Below, one piece after another: positions 10,082-20,214 of a stretch of 64,000 nucleotides of DNA (positions are counted from its first letter, which is position 1; the number at the start of each line of letters is the position of its first letter). The notes beneath the pieces were generated by a model. The model made no database searches. It was not told the origin of the DNA and saw only the letters and a program-made list of their open reading frames with translations. Both the position numbers and the translations under genes were made by a program. Source of the stretch: Candidatus Bathyarchaeota archaeon. GTDB lineage: Archaea; Thermoproteota; Bathyarchaeia; Bathyarchaeales; Bathycorpusculaceae. Where the stretch lies: NCBI GenBank assembly GCA_963734505.1, contig CAVTHH010000011.1, positions 8,196 through 72,195 on the forward strand, given 5' to 3'.

Positions 10082-11360
10082 CTATTCTTCGCCAAGCATT
10101 TGTACCGCGTTTAAAGCTGACAGCGCTGAGGTTTCCATGCTTGAGACCGCCGACTCTACGGCATTAACATACATAAATCGTTTGTCAATGCGGGTTGGAG
10201 GCAACTTGGTTAGGGGTTTGAACACAGGGTAGGCAGCTTTCCAGCAACGCTCCAAAACCATAACTCCGCCGTCTCTAAAGATGCCATTGAACACATATTG
10301 GGCTGAGGGGCTCTGGCGAGGAAATCGTAACCAAAGACCTCCCATCCCTTGCTTTTTGAATGATGTACTGAGTTATCGAACCCGAGTCCTCTGTGGTCAA
10401 CACAATAGCCGGAGGCTCTTCCGAATCTTTCAAACCAAAACATTCTGGGTCAAAAACGCCACGCATAACCCGCTTATAGACAGGCTGATAAGTCTGAGGC
10501 TCCCAACCATGCACGGACAAGCCATCGAATCTTATGTCTGCAAGTTCAAGAGGTGTGGCGATTATCACACTGTCAAAAACCGTCATGTCTCCTCCAGCAT
10601 ACACCTTATAATTACCTTCAAGCGTCTTTTCTATCATTTCAACTTTTTGAGACAGTTTAACCGTGGCATTCGAGGCTTTCGCAAGATGAACTGGCAAAGT
10701 GCTGTTGCCCTCCGCTAAACTGTACATTGCCCCCGAGTAAACTCCTATCAAGGAAGAAATCCCCGCCAATCCTCCCAGGTCCGCGTTCTGAGAGTATATA
10801 ATCCTGGTGATGGGAGCAACAATTTCATCAATAAAGTCATGACTAACGCCTTCCTCAATCAATATCTCAGAGAACTTCTCTTTGTGCCATTTGTCTAAAC
10901 CAGTCGCCTCGAAAATTTCACCCATATCGGCAGGGACGGAGAGTTTTTGGTACAGTTTGGCTACTTGCCCTCGTGCTTTCCTCAGGAGAAGAAAAGTTCG
11001 CGCTAGGCTAAGTTTGTACTTTTCCAGAAGTCTAAGGCTTGTGGCGAATGACTTCTTGTTTGACTTGAAAACGAATTCTGAGCCATTCCATACCGCGAAA
11101 TCCACGCGTTCTTCGATTGGCGTCGTTCTCAGCTGCTCGTCCCCTATGAGTCCCGAAAGCGTCCTGTTGAAACGGTTGAAGAAGGCGGCACCCAACTCAA
11201 GATTCACTCCAGCCGCATTACGCGTTAGGATTCTGCCGCCTACTCTGTCCGCAGAATCGTAAACAGTCACTTTTACGCCTGGAAGGTATTTGCGGGCAAA
11301 ATATGCAACGGAACACCCGCCTATACCAGCACCAACTACCGCTAAATTCGCCAGTTTCAC
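10082..11360 (-). CDS. prenylcysteine oxidase/lyase (PCYOX1)-family FAD oxidoreductase; one apparent indel ~10301
   Basis: VVGAGIGG, RVGGR, ELGA, FIDEIVAPITRIIYSQ, IIATPL, VLTTED, then in the next frame WKAAYP..KP and YVNAVESAVSSMETSALSALNA. Confidence 0.85.
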
Positions 11361-11430
11361 ACCCGAACATGAATGAACACCTAACAAGATAAACCCAAAT
11401 GTAAACAACAGGTTCAGAGTTTCAATCAAC

Positions 11431-11460
11431 AAACCTTAAGTAACACAGCCTACGCGTAGG
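11431..11460. promoter_or_regulatory. TATA-like box plus 12-bp palindrome CCTACGCGTAGG in the divergent promoter region
   Basis: AAACCTTAAGTA about 25-30 nt upstream of ATG 11464; perfect palindrome at 11449-11460. Confidence 0.4.
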
Positions 11461-11463
11461 GGT

Positions 11464-12363
11464 ATGCTCCAAGAAGTCAAAGGGTTCGCCCAATTCATCA
11501 GTGTAGAAAGAGGCATAATGCTTTTCATGATCTCCGTCGGCGCAACATTCCTGATGACCAAAACCCTCGCCTGGTCTTCCGCCCTTTACCTCGGCTTCAC
11601 AGTGTTCTGTATCTGGAGCGCCGTAGACGCCATAAACAACCTTTGCGACGCTGACCTGGACGCCCTTTCTGACCCTTCACGTGCGGAGTTCACAAAAAGA
11701 CTGGGGAAACTGGGCATGCTCATCACGGGAGCTTTTGCCGCTTTGTCTTTGGCATTGGGCGCCGCAACATTGATCCCCTTCGTTGCTCTGTCTGTCGCGC
11801 TAGGCATCGTTTTCGGCGTATTGTACTCTGTTCCTCCTTTCAGACTACGGAAAACAGCGTATAAACCAATAGTTAATTTCACTGTGGGTGCGGTTCCAGT
11901 GCTGATCGTTGCCGCTTTCTTCAACGTATTTTCCGCCGATGTTGTTTCGCTTATTCTGCTCATAGGCGTAACAACTTCAGTTAACAGCTTGTGGGAGGAC
12001 TTGGCGGACTACGCTTCAGACTTCCACAGCGGCTCTCGAACTGTGCCGATAATTTTCGGTTTCCGCAAGGGGCTTCTCTTGACAATCAGCCTGGGCTACG
12101 CTATGATTCCTATGATGGTATTCGTAGGCTTGCTCTTTCAGCTTGGCTGGGTCTACTACGCTTCATTGATCGCGCTTGCCGCATTTGTGTCGCTTCGAAT
12201 CGTACAGAAAAGAGATACATTATTCAATCACCCTGGAAAAGACACTGAGAGACTGCACATGCTGGGCGAAGTTTTGGCAAGAGACTTCGTAGTAACTGCT
12301 ATCGTTTTTACGCTCAGTTTGATGGTTAGCAGTCTACTCAAAATCAACACAACCTTTCTATAG
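11464..12363 (+). CDS. UbiA-family membrane prenyltransferase (DGGGP synthase-like)
   Basis: about 8-9 TM helices; NNLCDADLD (NxxxDxxxD), YSVPPFRL, EDLADYASD..GSRTVP motifs. Confidence 0.88.
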   Translation: MLQEVKGFAQFISVERGIMLFMISVGATFLMTKTLAWSSALYLGFTVFCIWSAVDAINNLCDADLDALSDPSRAEFTKRLGKLGMLITGAFAALSLALGAATLIPFVALSVALGIVFGVLYSVPPFRLRKTAYKPIVNFTVGAVPVLIVAAFFNVFSADVVSLILLIGVTTSVNSLWEDLADYASDFHSGSRTVPIIFGFRKGLLLTISLGYAMIPMMVFVGLLFQLGWVYYASLIALAAFVSLRIVQKRDTLFNHPGKDTERLHMLGEVLARDFVVTAIVFTLSLMVSSLLKINTTFL

Positions 12364-13003
12364 ATAAGCAATATTTCATTTGTTTCGCTCTCATGGCTCA
12401 CGCACGATTATTCTGCTTCGCTGAATCGAGTTTACCTGCACGAAATCTAATTGACTGAACAGTGAAATCGCGTTCTCAAAAAGAGTTATTTTCCATCAAA
12501 ACCACAGCATTGTCTGAGGGGAAACGGGGAAGGCAGCAACCACAAAGATAGCGGCACTTTCTTCTCTCATGGGTTTTCACCACCCAAAACCTTCTCCCCC
12601 CTTCAAAACCAGCAAAAGAGAGTTTCTTCAATTCACAAGGCAAACCAGACATGTATTGAGATAATAGAGGGGTAGGGAAGCCTTCTCTCTTTCTCATCGT
12701 TCTTCCCGAGCAGAACCATGTTTTTGCAGCTTGACATTTTCCTGCTAGCGAACCCAAACTTGGCGGTTTCCCTATTTTACAGAGATGAGCAGTTTGGCTT
12801 AATAACCATCCTTCCAAACCGTAATATTCCCGATGTTCAACACTTGCACAGGAAACAGCCAAACCTCATCTGATTGAACTCGAAGAATAATCTGTGAATC
12901 AAAGGTGCACAATTCTTTTCACGCAGAATCATCCTATGCTCAATTTTATCTTCTGATAGTTAGGATTTGATGCGAGAATAGGTTGAAAGCGCTTGTTATC
13001 TCG

Positions 13004-13768
13004 CTATGGTTTACGCTTCTTGAAGCCAACAACGAGACCCGTGCTGTTGAAGGCCGCCAGCGCAACTCCGGTCACGATCAAGAACGTGGGAAACGGTTCT
13101 GGGTTAGAATTCGTAGTTGGAGGCGTAGGAGTTGGAGAAACTGTTGAGGGCGAGGGGGTTGGTTGAGGTTGAGGCGTAGGAGAAGGAGATGGAGTTGGCG
13201 TGGGTTTCGGCGCTGGTGATGGTAGGCGAGTAGGAATGCGCCCTAAAGTCTGCGGGTTGAAATCTGTGAATGAAGTTGATTGCATGTACGAGGCTAAATT
13301 CGTGCTCACCATTATCTGATTAACCATACTTACCCAATGATCACCATTCGCGCCAGGAAGCACGAGGCGAAGGGTCTCGACCAAAGGTTGCCCATTCATC
13401 TCATAAGCTATTATTACGTCATCTCGCACAGCGTCGGTCATAGAGATGTCTCTCATATACCCGTCTGAGGCGGAGAACCCCACCGACTTCGCTCCAACAT
13501 CAGGTTCAACCTTGTCAAGTAGAACATGGAGACTTACGCCGGTCCAGTTTCCTGCAGTCACGAAGACGCCGTAGCAGTATATTTCCCCATAGACCGAACT
13601 CTTCGGTTGCGCCATAAGTTCGCTGATGGTCAAAGCCATGGGATTGGAGACGGCGCCGTCTATTTTTAACGTCCATTCTGAGTAGGCATTCGCCTGGATC
13701 GTGCCTCCGAAAATAATGGAAACAAGAAAGATTGCAAGCAAAAATTCCAAGAGGATTTTCTTTTTCAT
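13004..13768 (-). CDS. surface-anchored molybdopterin-binding (sulfite oxidase fold) protein
   Basis: signal peptide, WTLKIDGAV, IYC..., WTGVSL, ASDGY, IIAYEMNGQPL..LRLVLPG, Pro/Thr linker, PEPFP + TM + KKRK tail. Confidence 0.8.
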   Translation of the reverse strand: MKKKILLEFLLAIFLVSIIFGGTIQANAYSEWTLKIDGAVSNPMALTISELMAQPKSSVYGEIYCYGVFVTAGNWTGVSLHVLLDKVEPDVGAKSVGFSASDGYMRDISMTDAVRDDVIIAYEMNGQPLVETLRLVLPGANGDHWVSMVNQIMVSTNLASYMQSTSFTDFNPQTLGRIPTRLPSPAPKPTPTPSPSPTPQPQPTPSPSTVSPTPTPPTTNSNPEPFPTFLIVTGVALAAFNSTGLVVGFKKRKP

Positions 13769-13937
13769 TTGGTTGCCCTCAGGGGGTGTCTGTCACAATA
13801 TCTATGACACGCGTCATACTATTAAGCATTCAGCTCAAAAACCTCCAAACACCTTTCACCATCCTAGCGCGGGCACACTTCATACATCAATTGCACAAAG
13901 ATCAGCAGGCCAGAAACCAACAAATCTCATTTCTAAA

Positions 13938-14311
13938 CTACTTCTTCTTCGACTCAATCTCTTTTACCCTGAGCCGCACAATCTTTTTCACCAAGTCAAA
14001 AGGAATAGGCTTATCGAACGGAAATTGGACAGTACCTTTTGCCAGCTTGAAAGGAGCCAACTCGTTCTTGAAAGCTTCAACGACAGATGAATTGACCGGG
14101 TAAAAGCCAACATGGTTTTTCCATGCTGCAAAAAATACCAAGTGCGCACCATTGAGATCGAACGTGGGATCCCGTAACTCATCGTCTCCTCCGCTTGGGG
14201 CGCCGATTCATTGACAACGTGTCTGAGCTCTTCTAAAATATCTTTGACGTCCTTCGGGAACCTAGCCACGTATTCATCAACAGTTCTGCATTGGTTTCTC
14301 GAAGTTGTCAT
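13938..14311 (-). CDS. DUF1801/YdhG-like protein; one apparent indel ~14165
   Basis: TVDEYV..FP...L..LR....APQAEE.MSYGIP / FAAWKNHVGFYP...KGTVQFP.DKPIP. Confidence 0.8.
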
Positions 14312-14679
14312 TACGTAAACACATCTCCCTTCCACTATTTGAGCGCGCGTTATAGTCTGTTTCCCCGTTCGGCCCTGTGCTGAAGCCATGAAACCTCATC
14401 TGCACAACCAAAACAAATTTTCTCATGGCAGTCCTCCCGTGACATTTGAGTTTTCGCGGTATATCAGAATTTGTGGTTGTGAACCAACAACAGGGCGAAG
14501 CAACTCTTGAAAGAAGAACCCGGGATATAGAGCGGAATAGGGATGAAGTCTTCGTCAGCGGAAAATGATGGTCAAATGTGATAATCTTGAGGTCGTTCTG
14601 ACTTCTTGTTATTGACGTGGCACAATCACAAACACTAATAAGAAATCTTCCCGTCTTTTCCTCGAGAGGTGAAATATGA

Positions 14680-15069
14680 ATGTTAGGTGAACTTATTGGA
14701 GAATTCAAAGGCAAGAACGCAGGATGGAGAGTTCTTCCAGACGGAAAAATCGAAGTAACAGCGCAAGGAACCGGCAAACTTCTTGGAAAAGATGCTTTCG
14801 TGATTTCCACAAGCGTGGGAAACATGGCGACCAACGGGGTTTTCATGGGAGAAGTTACCAGCGTTTTCAACACGATGGAAGGTGAGACTGTGACAGCGAA
14901 AGGCATCGCAGTAGGTTTTCCTTCAGGAAACGGGGGAGCGACACGAGCTGCATCAATCCACATGACCTCATCGCAGAAATTCGCACGTTTGAATAAGGTC
15001 GTCGGCATGCACGAATACGAAACTGACATACAAGACAATTGGACGGGAAAAATCTGGGAGTGGAAGTAG
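14680..15069 (+). CDS. conserved archaeal hypothetical protein
   Basis: 129 aa, GAGGTGA SD, beta-rich, ends KIWEWK. Confidence 0.75.
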   Translation: MLGELIGEFKGKNAGWRVLPDGKIEVTAQGTGKLLGKDAFVISTSVGNMATNGVFMGEVTSVFNTMEGETVTAKGIAVGFPSGNGGATRAASIHMTSSQKFARLNKVVGMHEYETDIQDNWTGKIWEWK

Positions 15070-15215
15070 CCGCTTCTCTTTTCCAAATAAAGAAGCCCCT
15101 CTTATCAAGTTCTGTGGTGAATAGGGTGACCGATTCTATACCACTTTTGCAGAAGATGAAACGCAAAAAGTCAGCGCGCTCAGAAAGTCTTATCTAAGGA
15201 CAAAAGACAATACCG

Positions 15216-15560
15216 TTGAACAGCAATTTGGACGCTGAGGTTCCACGGCATTTGGAAAAGAAGTTTCATTTTCAAGAGATGAATTGGATAATCACCTTCC
15301 CTGGCTCAGGAAATAAAGGAAAGAAATATCCTGATTACTTAGTTTTACTCTCAGTTCTCAAGAACATGAGTTTGAACGAGAAAGTCCGCCTTATCGAAAT
15401 TGTTGAAAACATTGAGTTTCAAGAAAGATTCCCTCATACAGTTGGATTCTTCAAGTCTGAAACTAACGAGTCCCCGTGTGAAGACTTGAATTATTTGGAG
15501 TTGCGAATAGTGGGATCCGTTGAAGAGTTCTGGAAATTCCTCAACGATTTAGATCTTTAG
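15216..15560 (+). CDS. hypothetical protein
   Basis: 114 aa ORF with protein-like composition. Confidence 0.6.
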   Translation: MNSNLDAEVPRHLEKKFHFQEMNWIITFPGSGNKGKKYPDYLVLLSVLKNMSLNEKVRLIEIVENIEFQERFPHTVGFFKSETNESPCEDLNYLELRIVGSVEEFWKFLNDLDL

Positions 15561-16871
15561 CGAGCGAAGTTTACTTTGACCGCGTGAGTGGAGCATGATA
15601 TGCAGGGATCATACGCTCTCACCAGCATTTCCAGGGTCAACTCTATCTCCTTCTCTGATTTTTCAAGAATCTGAGGCAATAGAGCTTTCATGTCCAACTC
15701 GATATTGGCGTGATTCTGGTTCGTCGGGATTATGCAGTTGGCTTTCGTACACACTCCTTTGGCATTGTACGTATAGTCGTGAAACAGAATTCCTCTGGGA
15801 ACCTCGACCGCACCTACGCCCTGACCCGCCTTCACCTTAATTTCTATTTTGTTGTACTCTGGCTGACTCTTCAAATCTGCAGCTTCAAGCTCATTAATCA
15901 AGCGAATAGAGTCTTCGACACTCTGAACAACTTCAACGAGTTGGGCAACGCTGTTCATAAAGGGATTGTAGCACATCGGCAACAAATTGAATGCTTCAGC
16001 TGTTTCCAGAGCCATCGGTGATAACCTCTTGTAATTGATGTTTAGTCTCGCCAAAGCCCCCACCATATAGGATTCTCGCATATGCTTTGCCCACTTGGCC
16101 GTTGACCTGGGCACCACATACTCGTTAGTGAAAGCCAAGTACTCTCTAGCGGGAGCCGTACCCGTATCAGAGGAAGCTATTACTCCGTCATAAAGCGCGT
16201 ACTCGTTAGGATTCGTCAGAGCGATAAACTCGGTTTCTCTCTTGAAGTTTGGAAATTTATTTACTAAACTCTTGAAGAGCCCAGCCATTGCTCGGATGCT
16301 TGAGACTGATTCCTTGAGTTTCTTCCTCAGTTCGACTAATTCTCTCATCGTCGGGATCTTAGAGAAACCGCCAGGGATCAATCTCTGAGGATGAGTTGTT
16401 CTTCCGCAGATCAGAGTTGACATTTCATTCGCGAGTCTGTGAAGCTTCAGAACAGTTTTCACTTCAGGTAGGTTCGTAGAAGCTAAAGGAATAACCGAGC
16501 CTACTCCCATTAGGTCTGGCAGTACCAGAAAACCCAAATGTAAAATGTGGCTCTGCAAATTCTCCGCCATGTAATGCCAGCTTTCTCAGTTTGAGGTCTT
16601 GGTCGCTAATTGTAATACCTAACGCTGCTTCTGTAGCTTTGAGAGAAGCGAGTGCGTGGCCGATAGAGCATATGCCACATATGCGTGAAGTGATGTGGTG
16701 CAGCTCGTTCCAAGACCTGCCTTCAACCATTGCTTCAAAGAATCTAGGAGCTTCTGGAACACTCCACTCACATTTTTCAACGACTCCTTTTTGCATGTTC
16801 ACGTAGATATTTCCGTGTCCTTCCACTCTTGTCACATGGTGCACGGCAACGTCGAGATTTCGATTTTTCAT
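15557..16871 (-). CDS. hydA: group 3b [NiFe]-hydrogenase (sulfhydrogenase) large subunit; one apparent indel ~16565
   Basis: TRVEGHG, L1 SRICGICSIGH, EVPRG.LFH, L2 RAYDPCISCSTH plus C-terminal extension. Confidence 0.92.
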
Positions 16872-17605
16872 CTTTTTGCCTCCTGCCAACCGAAGTATAG
16901 CTTAAACTTGCCTATTGCATCGTCGACCGTGAGACCGTATTTTATTAAGACTTCCTTGTGAGAATTCTCATTCGGATTATCCACAAATCCTCGGCAACCC
17001 CAGCAGATTGTCCCTTCATTTACGCAGCAGGAATTGCAGCCTGCCCTGGTGACTGGCCCAACGCAGAACTGTCCGCGTTCAAAGGCGCATATGTTTTCGT
17101 TTTTCTTGCATTCAACGCAAACAGGGTATGTGATGGTTTCGGGCTTCTTTCCCAGCAAGAGCGATTTCACCACGTGAAGGAAGTCGTCTCGATCTATGGG
17201 GCAGCCGTAAACGTACGCGTCTACAGGTATTATGGCGTCTATGGGTCTTGCAGCGTAGCTGTCGAAAAGCTTTGCGTTTTCTCCGTAGACTGTTTTCTTG
17301 ACGCCTTCGAGGTCTTTGTAGTTTCTGAGTGAATTAATACCTCCGATGGCTGCGCATGAGCCTATGGCGACGACAGTTTTCGCGTTCTTCCTGATCTGTT
17401 TCAGCCTATCTTCATCTTGAAGCCTGGTGCATGACCCTTCGATGAAGGCGATGTCGTAGTTGTCCGCATGCTCTTTCATCACTTCTCTAAAACTGACCAC
17501 CTCGATCTGCCCGAGCAATGTCAAGAGGTCTTCTTCCAGATTGGCTACTTGAAGCTGATCTCCTTCACAGCCCGCAAAGTCAAAAAATGCAACCTTAGGT
17601 TTCAT
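16868..17605 (-). CDS. hydD: group 3b hydrogenase small (delta) subunit
   Basis: CEGDQLQ, IEGS, IGSCA, YGCP, VCVECK...CVGPVTRAGC...CWGCRG; start and stop overlap both neighbours. Confidence 0.9.
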   Translation of the reverse strand: MKPKVAFFDFAGCEGDQLQVANLEEDLLTLLGQIEVVSFREVMKEHADNYDIAFIEGSCTRLQDEDRLKQIRKNAKTVVAIGSCAAIGGINSLRNYKDLEGVKKTVYGENAKLFDSYAARPIDAIIPVDAYVYGCPIDRDDFLHVVKSLLLGKKPETITYPVCVECKKNENICAFERGQFCVGPVTRAGCNSCCVNEGTICWGCRGFVDNPNENSHKEVLIKYGLTVDDAIGKFKLYFGWQEAKR

Positions 17606-19524
17606 CAAAGCGCCTCCGGGACTCCTTTGATTTTGGAATAATTGAAAACGGGGCCATCCTTGCAGACATATATCTGGTTGATTTGGCAGTGACCGCACTT
17701 TCCGACACCGCATTTCATCCTACGCTCAAGTGACATGATGATGTTCTCATCTGGCATATTTCGAGTCTTCAAATCCGCAATGACGAATTTGTACATGACA
17801 GGGGGACCGCACAGTATCGCAAGGGTTCCCTCGGGATCAAACTGAATTTGCGGAATAAGCGTTGTAATAACACCTATGCTTCCAGACCAAACCTCATTTT
17901 CGGGGCACCAATTCACCGTGGATTTGAATTCAACATCATTTCTCGACGCGAGCAAGGCAAGTTCATCTCCGAAGAGTAATTCTTTTGGCTCCTTGCACCC
18001 GTAAAGAAGAGTAACGCGTCCGAAGTCCTTCCTGTTATCCAAGACATAATTGAACAATGATCTCAGTGGAGCTATTCCAAGACCACCCGCTATAAACAAC
18101 AGGTCTTTTCCTTTCATAGACTTACCATCAAAACCCTTGCCAAACGGCCCTCTTATTCCGACTTTGGCTCCCACATCCAAATTGTGAAGGCTCCTTGTAA
18201 CATTCCCCAGTTTTCGGACACATAGTTCAAACGTTTTCTTTTTCGTAGGAGATGATGAAATTGATATTGGGGCTTCGCCTATGCCGAAAACCGATACTTC
18301 AACAAACTGCCCTGGTTCATGCCCAAGCTCCGAACCATCATCAAGTCTTATCTCAAAAAGTGTTTCGAAGGTGGTCATCGGCACTTTCTTAATTATCGTT
18401 CCCAGTTCGGGTACGTAATCTATGTTGCCTTCGGTGCTAATATTGACGTCTGGCTGAGCGGCAGAGAAAGGCATAGGCATTCCACTATTTCGACTTTCAT
18501 GGAACATGTCATTAAACAGATTAACCGGGTTCGCTATGTCCGGAAGACAGTTGGAAGAGCATCTTCCGCATCCAACACAAGAGATGAAGCCGAACCTGTC
18601 ATACAAGTACTTTCCTTTCTTGAAGTAACGGTGACGATAACGTGTTGGTCTGGTCGCACGGAAATTCTCTCCCGAAGCTATTTTAGCAAAATCTTCAAGA
18701 AGGCAACCATCCCAAGTCCTAATTCTTTCACCTTGCTCCAAAGTCAAATCCGGATTGTCTTTAACGTCGAAACAGTAGCAGGTTGGACAAACCAGTACAC
18801 AAGATCCACAGGCTAAACACTTCTCAGAATGACTCTCCCAAAACCCACTCTTAGCATAGCTGGCTCCAAGCAATTCTGGGATCAGTTCTGCCGGAAAATC
18901 CAATTTCTGCTGAACCATATTCCAGACTTCTTGCTTCTTCTGACCAGCAATCTGAATATCACGAGCCAAAGCCGGCGTGATATTCTTCGCGTACTTGAAC
19001 AGAAGAGCCTCTCCCTTTGAGGAGCCAACGTTGATGCCGTACCTGTTGCCTAAATCAGTTAGCATGAGGTCATAGCCATAGTCAATAACGCTACAGCCCA
19101 TGATGGAAGAAAAATTATATTTCGACATTTCTTGAATGTTTGCACCAATAATAATCGAGGACTCTCTTTTCTTGAAATAATACGGATCAGATTTTGTGTC
19201 CCTGAATATTTCATCCATGTGAAGCAAAGCAACAATATCATAGGGATGTACGCCTATTATGACCATGGGCTTAGCCGCCTCGGGGTTCTTCGCCGAAAAA
19301 CCATCTGCTAAATCATAAGTGAACAACGTTTCACGTTGAGGAAAGAAGTATTTCTTCGGAGGCAACAACGTAACGTCATAATCCAGTCGAAGTTCATCTG
19401 CTGAACCCAATGTGCCGAAAGCAAATTTGTTCCCCCGAGATTTTACGCCAATGACATGTCGAGAATCATCTTTGATTAAAGCATTCACAAAATCCTTGAA
19501 GTCTTCTTTGGAGATGATTTTCAT
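17605..19524 (-). CDS. fused sulfhydrogenase beta (4Fe-4S) + gamma (FAD/NAD(P), 2Fe-2S) subunit
   Basis: N-half CLACGSCVLVCPTCYC and CVGCGRC; C-half PGQFV, RGPFG, AGGLGIAPL, CGPPVM, MKCGVGKCGHC...CKDGPVF. Confidence 0.88.
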   Translation of the reverse strand: MKIISKEDFKDFVNALIKDDSRHVIGVKSRGNKFAFGTLGSADELRLDYDVTLLPPKKYFFPQRETLFTYDLADGFSAKNPEAAKPMVIIGVHPYDIVALLHMDEIFRDTKSDPYYFKKRESSIIIGANIQEMSKYNFSSIMGCSVIDYGYDLMLTDLGNRYGINVGSSKGEALLFKYAKNITPALARDIQIAGQKKQEVWNMVQQKLDFPAELIPELLGASYAKSGFWESHSEKCLACGSCVLVCPTCYCFDVKDNPDLTLEQGERIRTWDGCLLEDFAKIASGENFRATRPTRYRHRYFKKGKYLYDRFGFISCVGCGRCSSNCLPDIANPVNLFNDMFHESRNSGMPMPFSAAQPDVNISTEGNIDYVPELGTIIKKVPMTTFETLFEIRLDDGSELGHEPGQFVEVSVFGIGEAPISISSSPTKKKTFELCVRKLGNVTRSLHNLDVGAKVGIRGPFGKGFDGKSMKGKDLLFIAGGLGIAPLRSLFNYVLDNRKDFGRVTLLYGCKEPKELLFGDELALLASRNDVEFKSTVNWCPENEVWSGSIGVITTLIPQIQFDPEGTLAILCGPPVMYKFVIADLKTRNMPDENIIMSLERRMKCGVGKCGHCQINQIYVCKDGPVFNYSKIKGVPEAL

Positions 19525-19864
19525 AGTTTCAGTCCCATCCCGCGGGAAAATTAGTAAGGATTGCAGAAACTGACAATTTAAAAGTTGTGGAATGAGTCTC
19601 TTTCAATAGATTCTATCGTACACGAGCAGCTCAACCGTGACCTGTGGAATCCCTCAATCCTGAATTTTGTGAGAACCTCTCAGATAGGCAGTTCTAGCAT
19701 TAGCCAAGGGTACCTAATGATATACAGGGTCAACGCCCTGTATTTTTGCTGAGCAGGTAAACAATAACCTTTATTAATACTCAATATTCAAGATACAAAT
19801 GGGGGCAAATGAAAAAACCATCTCTTGCAAGAAGCGTGCAAGAGATCGAACTGATGTGATTAGA

Positions 19865-20104
19865 ATGGTGAAGTATGTTAGAGGAAGCCAGTATGACAAG
19901 TGGCACTGGTGCAAGAACTGCACACAATATCCAATGTACATATATCAAGAAACACCTATAAAACCGCCTTCTGACTTCTGCGAGCAATGCACAACAAAAG
20001 AAAAAACAGCAAATTGTCAATGCGAAGAACTGAAGACCGCACCCGAGAGGCAGTCAAAAAGCGATTTTGTAGATTTCCGTTACAACAATCAATACGCTCT
20101 ATAA
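19865..20104 (+). CDS. small Cys-rich putative Zn-binding protein (paralogue of 5837-6082)
   Basis: MVKYVRGS...WHWCKNCTQYPMY...FCEQC...CQC. Confidence 0.75.
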   Translation: MVKYVRGSQYDKWHWCKNCTQYPMYIYQETPIKPPSDFCEQCTTKEKTANCQCEELKTAPERQSKSDFVDFRYNNQYAL

Positions 20105-20214
20105 GATTTGAAATTGGAAAAACTTGCTAAAAAAACCGCAAACTCCCACTTAAACGAGAACCCATGAAACAAAACTCAATACGATTGTTAAATGGAAATC
20201 CCCTTTTTTTTATA

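Noticed and set aside
12476-12862. 128 aa track ORF
   Set aside because: No recognisable motif and atypical composition; treated as non-coding.
13110-13230. Low-complexity GGA/GTT-rich repeat
   Set aside because: It encodes the Pro/Thr/Ser linker of the surface protein.
8009-16871. Selenocysteine system (SelB-like gene plus hydrogenase)
   Set aside because: The HydA L2 motif is DPCISC with Cys codons, there is no in-frame TGA, and no selD or tRNA-Sec is in the window.
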